From Candidatus Woesebacteria bacterium (GTDB taxonomy: Bacteria > Patescibacteriota > Microgenomatia > UBA8517): a stretch of 64,000 nt of DNA. The position numbers and the translations under genes are program-made. The notes beneath the pieces are model-generated. The model saw only the letters and a program-made list of their open reading frames with translations. It made no database searches and had not been told where the DNA came from. The stretch lies in NCBI GenBank assembly GCA_016432365.1, contig CP066686.1, positions 474,906-538,905 on the forward strand, given 5' to 3'. Each line of letters begins with the position of its first letter. The stretch's first letter is position 1. Below are positions 57,389 to 64,000 of the stretch, in pieces.

Positions 57389-58480
57389 TTAAATACCGCC
57401 TAATTTAATCTGCTCTTTTATCCAGGGGATTACTTCATCGAGCATTTGACTCAAGGTTGTTTTTGCCTCGTAGCCCAACATTTTTTTCGCTTTACGGGTA
57501 TCCGGGACTCTTTTTTGAACATCATATAAAAAGGCTTCGTCCGAAACATAATGAAATGGTTTGTTTCCGTTTACTTTTTTCCAAATGGCTTTTGCAAGCT
57601 GTAAAACTGAAGTTGCTTCGTTGGTGGAAAGGTTGAAATCTTCGTTCTTGGCCTTAGGTGAGAAAGTTGCTGTGACAATTCCTTTTGCCAGGTCCGTCCC
57701 ATATGTGTAGCAACGAATTTGGTTCCCTTTGCCCAGTATGTGTAAAGGGTCTTGCCCCGCCAACACTTTTTGTACAAGATCTGGAACGACATGGCTCATT
57801 GCAAGTTTCACATTTCCGCTTTTTATCTCAACTTCATTTTTAGCCCGCTTTTCGCCGATTCCAACACAATTAAAAGGGCGGAGTATTGTGTAAGGGAGCT
57901 TGTATTGTTCCCATGCGCCTTTGCAGAAATATTCACAGGCCAGCTTTTGAAAACCATAGGTAGATTTGGGTGGAGGGGTTTTTTCAATTATATTTTCGGG
58001 GGTGGGGTATACATTCGTAGACTCAAATACCATACTACTGCTTAAAACCACTATTTTTTTGAGTTTACCATTCTTATGGGCGTCAATTGCCGCATCGAAT
58101 GTGGAGGCTAAGATTCGTTCATTTTCGGCTAACAGGTCGTAGGCAAATTTGTGAAAGTAGGTGATCCCCCCTATCATGGCCGCAAGGGCCACAATATAGT
58201 CGCAATCTTTAGCGATCTTGGTCAAAAATTTTGTATCCTTTACATCATGAACATAAAGCTTGTAGTTTGGGTGATTGTCGTAGCTTTTTTTAACCTTTCC
58301 ATATTTGGAGTAATTATCTATACCGATTACTGTATGCCCTTGATCTAAGAATTCCTGAACAAGATAACCGCCGATAAATCCGGCAGACCCTGTTATCAAT
58401 ATTTTTTGAGGTTGAATAGGCTTGGCCACGGTGCTATTATGCACCCATGGGTCTTGCGAGTCAATGTAAAAATGGTACAC
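57389..58480 (-). CDS. NAD-dependent epimerase/dehydratase (extended SDR), 363 aa from GTG 58480 (alternative GTG start near 58429)
   Basis: Motifs KILITGSAGFIGGYLVQEFL and STYGFQK (YxxxK). The GTG start overlaps the divergent methyltransferase, so the true start is probably downstream. Confidence 0.7.
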   Translation of the reverse strand: MYHFYIDSQDPWVHNSTVAKPIQPQKILITGSAGFIGGYLVQEFLDQGHTVIGIDNYSKYGKVKKSYDNHPNYKLYVHDVKDTKFLTKIAKDCDYIVALAAMIGGITYFHKFAYDLLAENERILASTFDAAIDAHKNGKLKKIVVLSSSMVFESTNVYPTPENIIEKTPPPKSTYGFQKLACEYFCKGAWEQYKLPYTILRPFNCVGIGEKRAKNEVEIKSGNVKLAMSHVVPDLVQKVLAGQDPLHILGKGNQIRCYTYGTDLAKGIVTATFSPKAKNEDFNLSTNEATSVLQLAKAIWKKVNGNKPFHYVSDEAFLYDVQKRVPDTRKAKKMLGYEAKTTLSQMLDEVIPWIKEQIKLGGI

Positions 58481-59137
58481 GGTAATTCAAATTTCGACCA
58501 AAAGTATTACAGGAGGTTTTTTGATAAATATACAAAATCTGAATTTGACACATACGTCAACTGGGCCGATGGTTGGATCCGCTTTTTGGACAGATATTTA
58601 GATATCAAAAAAGGCAACAGGAGAAAGCTTCACGAGTTGGGGGCCTCACTGGGATATTTTTCAAGGATTTTTAAAGACAGGGGATTTAATGTATCGGCAA
58701 GCGACATTTCTTCGTTTATAGTTGGTAAGGCAGGTAGGATCCAAAAAGATATTAAGTTTTTCAAATTCGACGTGGAAAAGGATAAGACTGAAAAAAAGTA
58801 CGATTTTATAGTGGCATTTGAGGTCCTTGAGCATCTTGAAAACCCCGAAAAATCCCTAAAAAATATTAAGAGAATGCTAAAAAAGGGCGGAACTTTTGTT
58901 TTTTCTACTCCGTTCCCTACAAAAAGATCACTTGCCGACCCAACACATATTAATGTCCATCCGGCCTCTTGGTGGGTAAAAACCGGTAAATTGGTAGGTT
59001 TTTCCAAAACAAAAGTGATTTATGCGACTTTTGTCCCCTTCCTGTATAGAATAAGCAAATATTTTAGTATTGGATTTCCGATTAAAACGAACCTTCCCTA
59101 TGTTAACAGTACCTGCTTCCTTATATTTGAAAAATAA
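58472..59137 (+). CDS. Class I SAM-dependent methyltransferase, ~221 aa
   Basis: Track ORF begins at 58406, inside the opposite gene. ATG at 58472 (MVHGNS...). Motif I LHELGASLGYFSRIF. FEVLEHLENP. LKKGGTFVF. Confidence 0.6.
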   Translation: MVHGNSNFDQKYYRRFFDKYTKSEFDTYVNWADGWIRFLDRYLDIKKGNRRKLHELGASLGYFSRIFKDRGFNVSASDISSFIVGKAGRIQKDIKFFKFDVEKDKTEKKYDFIVAFEVLEHLENPEKSLKNIKRMLKKGGTFVFSTPFPTKRSLADPTHINVHPASWWVKTGKLVGFSKTKVIYATFVPFLYRISKYFSIGFPIKTNLPYVNSTCFLIFEK

Positions 59138-59143
59138 GTCACA

Positions 59144-62100
59144 ATGAAAAAACTTTTGAATAAAGATTGGATTATTTACGTTTTGTATGTTGTAGTAGCC
59201 TTGGTTGGTATATGGTTTCTTACTAAGACCTGGATGCCTGCGGGTTATGTTGTTGCAGGCCACGATTCAGGATTGGCTCTCAATGCCGAAAGTTTTTTAA
59301 AAACTCGCTTTTTTGCTTGGGATGACCGAATTGATTTTGGTGCTGACAACTCGCCTCATTTTGGGAGCATCATGCTGCATTTGATTGATCGAATACTGTC
59401 GATCTTTGCTCCCGGGTTGTTTGCAGGTACTCGTTTCGCAGTGTTTTTTTGGTTGGGTATACTTTTTATTTTTTCGTCAGTGTTTTCATATTCGTTGAAA
59501 CAAAAGCTTGGGCGGCTGGTTCCTTATTTTTTCCCGGTATTTTTAACTTTTAACTTTTTTATTTTTCAGTCTATTTTTATTTTGGAGAGAGCCAAATACG
59601 AAATTGTTTGCGTTATTCTCCTTTTTTTGACTTTTGCACTAAAGATATTATTCGATAAGACAAAATCGATTCTCGGAAATTCCATCATTTTTTCACTTGT
59701 CTTTTCTGTGTTTAATGGTGGTAGTTGGCTAGGCCTACCTCTCTATGGCGGTTTGTTTGTAACCGGTTTGGTGTATCTTTTTTTTGCTGTCATTATGGCA
59801 AGGCGTGAAAGAGATGTGTCTCTTTTTAAAAGGGCGTTGATTTTCAATATCCTGAATATCGCCTTTTTTGTTTTACTTAATTTATATTCGATTTTGCCAT
59901 TTGTTACTACTTTAGTAAGTTCTGATTATGCTAAGGTTGTGGGAACAGCGACGATTTCTGCCGGTAAAGAATGGCTGGTTTATATAAGTAGGGGTTCATT
60001 TTTTATTAACTTATTTAGACTTCAGGGAGTTCCTGATTGGTATTTGACTGGCGGGTTACCAAATCCGGAAATCTCGTATGCCTCTATTTATTTAACCAAC
60101 AGGTTTTTAACCTTGATCAGTTTCGCGTTTCCGATATTGGCATTTTCAGGGATATTGTTTGCTAAAAGCAAAACTGAGAAGTATATAATTTCTTTTTTTG
60201 CTATCTTGTTGTTAGCCTCTATGTTTTTTACCTCAGGGACCAATTCACCGTTGGGTTTTATCTATGTTTTTTTGTATGAAAGAATTCCCGGCTTTTCAAT
60301 TTTTAGATCTCCTTATTTTAAATTTGCCAGCTCGTTTATAATTTCTTATTCTGTTTTCCTTGCATATTCGTTATCAAAACTGGGGGAATTTATATATACA
60401 AAGGCCAATGTTGGGTTTTTGTCTCGACTGAAGGTGTTATCTTTTGTAATAACTCCGCTTTTTGTATTAGTTGTAGTCGGGAGCTGGTTATCCTACAATT
60501 TCATCATTTTTGATAGTAACTATTTATTTAAATGGCAACCTGATAAAAGTACACTTGTAACAGTTCCTGAGTATGCAGTCGAATTTGATCAATGGTTAAA
60601 ACTTACCAATTTTAATGGCAGGGCGCTAATTGTCCCGGCATTCGATGGGGAATTTGGGAATGATAACTACACTTGGGGATATTGGAGTCTCTCCCCCCTA
60701 CCATCCGTGTTGTTTTCCAATGGTTCTTTTGTTGTCAACGACGCTTCCAACAACCCCGTCGAATCAGACATCGTAAACAAACTTTACGTGCTTTTATTGA
60801 AAAAAGATCCCGCTTTTTTTGATTATTCAAAAAAACTTGGAATAAAGTACTTCTTTTTGAGAGAGGACTACCTTGCCCAGGACAGCAATTTGAAAGAAGA
60901 GTACGTCAGAATTATAAAGAATCTTGCCGACCTTGGAAGTCTAAGGCTTGTCAAAAATGTTGGGCCTTGGTCGCTCTATGAGATTGCCGAGGATGGGCCT
61001 GATGGGACGTTTAGACTTGTCAGCACATTTTTTTCAATCCCCGAAGATCACGCATATCTATCAAAAGAAATTACAATCCCAAAATATATAAATGGTGACT
61101 GGATTGTTCAGGAAAACACCGGCCCCTTGGGGTTTAAGAATCTCGTTTCTCAGGAATTTTTTCCCTTAGATTGCAACTCCTGTTTAGTCGAAAATTTAGG
61201 GAGACACGCGGATTATCCTCCCGTAAGAGTCCTGCCCAATTCTCCTTTTTATGTGATAAAAGAAAAAAGAAATGAAAAAATTTTACTAAATGCTATAGAC
61301 GAGAATTCCAAACTCGCCGCTTATCTGGGCTTAATGATGACGAAGCTAAGCGAAGTCAGGTCAATGGTCGATTTGAAGATTGACAAGAAATATGTAAACC
61401 GTGGTTTAAACGATATAAATAGTTATTTATTAAATATAAACAAAATAATTTCCACCTCAGCTTCACTGAAATCTGATTTTTATTTTGCATCTAAGATTTA
61501 CGAGTCTGTTAATCCGGTTCAGCGGTATTTTAGAGACTATATAAATAATTCGAATTTTGTCTTTGAAAAATCGGAGACAAAAGATAGTATGTTTAAAATA
61601 CTTTGGCAGAGCTTGTTGTTAAAAAAGCAATTTGATGGTTTGGTTGCTGGAAACGAGGATTGGCGTAAAGATAAAATTTACGACATAGATCTCCCGTCGG
61701 ATGGTCAGTACGGTTTTCTGATCGATGGAGCTACATTACCCAGCGACCACAAGGGGGGAGTTATCTATCCTTCAAATGTTAAATTAAGTACGGGTCAAAG
61801 TCTAAGCTTCGGGAGTAATCAGGGCGGACGTTGGATGTTTGTTGGCCCGGCAGAACTTCCTAAAACCGGTAAGCTTAGTTTAACCTTTCAAAATCTACCA
61901 GATTTGTCTCACATTACAAGTAAGGAACAAGTTGATTTCCCAACAGGAACACGCGGATGCCTAATCAGCAAGATCGACAATTTTAACAAATATAGAAATT
62001 ATGTTTTGACTTTATCTTCTGATGCATATTTACCGAACATGAGACTATATATCAAGGAGAACAGTCAACGCTATTTACTAACCGATGAGTTTTTGAGAGG

Positions 62101-62641
62101 AGATATTGAAGTTGATGTTTCGTTAAATCCGAATGGTGAACCGTTCAAATATTTCTTTGATCCTTCAATCGGAGCGAGCGAGCCAATGGTCTATGTTTGT
62201 AGGTACGACGGCGCTATTCCTCAAAATGTAAAAATAAACGTACTCGAGATTTTTAAACCCGAAATTTATGCAGTTAAGAACAATGCCGTTGATGTCGAAT
62301 CGGCGCAAATCATTTACAAAAAAATCGATCCAACGAGGTATCAAATCACAACAGAAAAATTGAGCGGAGACATGGTTTTAGTTTTCAATCAGCTGTTTAA
62401 CAGTCAGTGGTATCTTATGGACAAAAGCGATATGTCGGTTATACACCCTTTTAAAGTTAATGGATACGAAAACGGCTGGTTACTGCCGGGAGGAAAGGCC
62501 TATGATCTATCATTGGTTTACCACCCTCAAGAGTTATTTGAAAAAGGTCTAAAGATTTCAGCATCAGTGGCGATAATACTTATTATTGTATATTTGAGAT
62601 TAACATTTCGCATAAATGTAAAAAATAAAAATGAAAATTAA
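59144..62641 (+). CDS. Giant polytopic membrane protein (N-terminal ~470 aa with about 12 TM segments plus ~690-aa extracytoplasmic C-terminal region), GT-C-like candidate, 1165 aa
   Basis: ATG at 59144. N-terminal AGHDSGLALNAESF loop resembles the H/SxD loop of the YfhO-like paralogs. Long soluble C-terminus with no recognised motif. Final TM helix at the very C-terminus. Confidence 0.45.
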   Translation: MKKLLNKDWIIYVLYVVVALVGIWFLTKTWMPAGYVVAGHDSGLALNAESFLKTRFFAWDDRIDFGADNSPHFGSIMLHLIDRILSIFAPGLFAGTRFAVFFWLGILFIFSSVFSYSLKQKLGRLVPYFFPVFLTFNFFIFQSIFILERAKYEIVCVILLFLTFALKILFDKTKSILGNSIIFSLVFSVFNGGSWLGLPLYGGLFVTGLVYLFFAVIMARRERDVSLFKRALIFNILNIAFFVLLNLYSILPFVTTLVSSDYAKVVGTATISAGKEWLVYISRGSFFINLFRLQGVPDWYLTGGLPNPEISYASIYLTNRFLTLISFAFPILAFSGILFAKSKTEKYIISFFAILLLASMFFTSGTNSPLGFIYVFLYERIPGFSIFRSPYFKFASSFIISYSVFLAYSLSKLGEFIYTKANVGFLSRLKVLSFVITPLFVLVVVGSWLSYNFIIFDSNYLFKWQPDKSTLVTVPEYAVEFDQWLKLTNFNGRALIVPAFDGEFGNDNYTWGYWSLSPLPSVLFSNGSFVVNDASNNPVESDIVNKLYVLLLKKDPAFFDYSKKLGIKYFFLREDYLAQDSNLKEEYVRIIKNLADLGSLRLVKNVGPWSLYEIAEDGPDGTFRLVSTFFSIPEDHAYLSKEITIPKYINGDWIVQENTGPLGFKNLVSQEFFPLDCNSCLVENLGRHADYPPVRVLPNSPFYVIKEKRNEKILLNAIDENSKLAAYLGLMMTKLSEVRSMVDLKIDKKYVNRGLNDINSYLLNINKIISTSASLKSDFYFASKIYESVNPVQRYFRDYINNSNFVFEKSETKDSMFKILWQSLLLKKQFDGLVAGNEDWRKDKIYDIDLPSDGQYGFLIDGATLPSDHKGGVIYPSNVKLSTGQSLSFGSNQGGRWMFVGPAELPKTGKLSLTFQNLPDLSHITSKEQVDFPTGTRGCLISKIDNFNKYRNYVLTLSSDAYLPNMRLYIKENSQRYLLTDEFLRGDIEVDVSLNPNGEPFKYFFDPSIGASEPMVYVCRYDGAIPQNVKINVLEIFKPEIYAVKNNAVDVESAQIIYKKIDPTRYQITTEKLSGDMVLVFNQLFNSQWYLMDKSDMSVIHPFKVNGYENGWLLPGGKAYDLSLVYHPQELFEKGLKISASVAIILIIVYLRLTFRINVKNKNEN

Positions 62642-62999
62642 CACACAACACTTAAATGTTTTGCTAGATGCTTATTTGGAACGTATTTTGGTGTGGACAA
62701 GAACAAACCGCCTCCGTGTCGTTCTCTTTGTATTAATAGTATCAATGTTGTCTACTTTTTCCTGGTTGCCATATTTTAATCTGATATTTATAAAAGAAAC
62801 AGTTATTTTTCTGACCTTGTTAAGTCTATATGTAATATTCAGAGTTGATTGGAAGGCGATAATGTATGTTTGTTTCGGTTTATTTGTAATCTCTTACTTT
62901 TTTGATTTGTTTGGCATGTTGCCTTTGTCGGAGCTAATCGGTAGTTATATTTATGGTTTTATGGTTTTAATTGTAATTAAATTTACTTCTTCAATTTAG
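62631..62999 (+). CDS. Small membrane protein (3-4 TM), 122 aa, unknown function
   Basis: ATG at 62631, overlapping the upstream gene by 11 nt. Hydrophobic segments. No motif. Confidence 0.4.
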   Translation: MKINTQHLNVLLDAYLERILVWTRTNRLRVVLFVLIVSMLSTFSWLPYFNLIFIKETVIFLTLLSLYVIFRVDWKAIMYVCFGLFVISYFFDLFGMLPLSELIGSYIYGFMVLIVIKFTSSI

Positions 63000-63009
63000 T
63001 ATAATTAGG

Positions 63010-64000
63010 ATGATGAAAATTATTGTATTGGGAATTTTAGGATTATGCTTCTTGGGTTTTGTTCTTGTGGGAGCCATATTGTTTTTTGGGCACGCCGGGT
63101 TGGGGATCAAAGCCGCAAATTATCTATTCATTTTCCTATGTTTTGGAGTTGCCTTTAAATATCTTTTTTATGAATAGGTATTTCAAAATTTTGTTCTATA
63201 TTCTTCTGATTTTAATTCCCTCTTTATTTGTTTTTATGTCCTTTTTCAAGAATCTTCATTTGTCTTGGGGGGATGCTCCGTATTTTTACTCAGAAAGATT
63301 GAAGGAACTTAATTCGGGGCTTTCTATTTGGTCCCAAAATGGTACCGATTTTGGTGGAAGGAATCTTGCTCTTTGGCTTTCTCCGATAATGGTGGTTTAT
63401 GGAGCTTTCAACAAGTATCTAGGATTTGGGAATGATGTTATTGTCAGAATCCTTTTTTATTTTCCTTCCGTAATACTTGCAGGACTCGGTCCTTATTTTT
63501 TAACCAGATATCTAAAGTTGTCAAAAACTGTACAATTCTTTTCTTCATTGTTTTATCTTTTAAATACTTATTTTATTTTATTGATAGATGGCGGACAGGT
63601 TGGCATAGCTCTAAGCTATGGTGTATTTCCTTTTGTAATACTATTTTGGAAAAAGTTTTTTGACGGTTATTCAACCCATAAGTTTGCCGTTGCGTTTTTT
63701 GCGACTGTAGCACTTTGTTACATTGATCCCCGCATTGCAATCATATCTTTTTTGGTGATTTTTTTGTGGCAAATTTTAGAAGGCCGGGTTATAAATTTGC
63801 TTTGGTTAATATTGGCCGGAATACTTTTAATTCCCATTAACGCTTCCTGGCTCTTGCCGATAATTAAAGGTGGAGGGGGAGGGCTTAGTACCTCAGTTAC
63901 AGATCTTCAACTTTCGTCGCTTCTTAATTCTCTGTTTCTGTTTGCGCCACACTGGCCGTCTAACATTTTTGGTAAAGTGGTTCAGCCATTCTTTTACTTC
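63010..64000 (+). CDS. Polytopic membrane protein, 5' portion (runs off the window end); possible further GT-C paralog
   Basis: ATGATG at 63010. Frame 1 is open to the window end and is absent from the ORF track because there is no stop. An internal ATG at 63169 is in the same frame. Multiple hydrophobic segments. Confidence 0.45.

Noticed and set aside
1-64000. Search for mobile elements, CRISPR arrays, integrases and toxin-antitoxin or defence genes.
   Set aside because: No transposase/integrase-like ORFs, no repeat-spacer arrays and no long terminal inverted or direct repeats were seen. The island appears chromosomal and operonic rather than recently mobile, although I could not compute a GC or tetranucleotide comparison.

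Overview
AT-rich (roughly 35-38% GC by eye), gene-dense bacterial sequence with short overlapping gene junctions (ATGA/TAAATG couplings) and many TTG/GTG alternative starts. It looks like a small-genome, possibly CPR/Patescibacteria-like, organism; that taxonomic call is inference. Almost the whole 64 kb is a cell-envelope glycosylation island. I count about 19 polytopic membrane proteins of GT-C architecture in at least five sequence families: five YfhO-type, at least six PMT/ArnT-type with a WDE/DE loop motif, two DUF2029/GT87-like, two of an unnamed 'GVWH' family, one PIG-V-like, and three unclassified including an 1165-aa giant. Alongside are two GtrB/CsbB-like polyprenyl-phosphate GT2 enzymes, five soluble GT2s, seven GT4 enzymes, a Wzx-like flippase, six or seven SAM methyltransferases and an AsnB-type amidotransferase. 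Nucleotide-sugar tailoring enzymes are also present: GDP-fucose synthase Fcl, a PseB/PglF-like 4,6-dehydratase, a DegT aminotransferase, a UDP-sugar 6-dehydrogenase, several SDR epimerases and a cupin. I found no rRNA, tRNA, CRISPR array, transposase or integrase. Non-coding signal is sparse. Two GC-rich palindromic islands sit at gene junctions and share a GAAACCTC core. A 13-bp perfect palindrome (TGTCA-N5-TGACA) lies just upstream of one gene. Nested palindromes occupy one divergent intergenic region. The most interesting system-level feature is the very large, multi-family expansion of lipid-linked-sugar (GT-C) glycosyltransferases coupled to GtrB-like donor synthases in a single locus.
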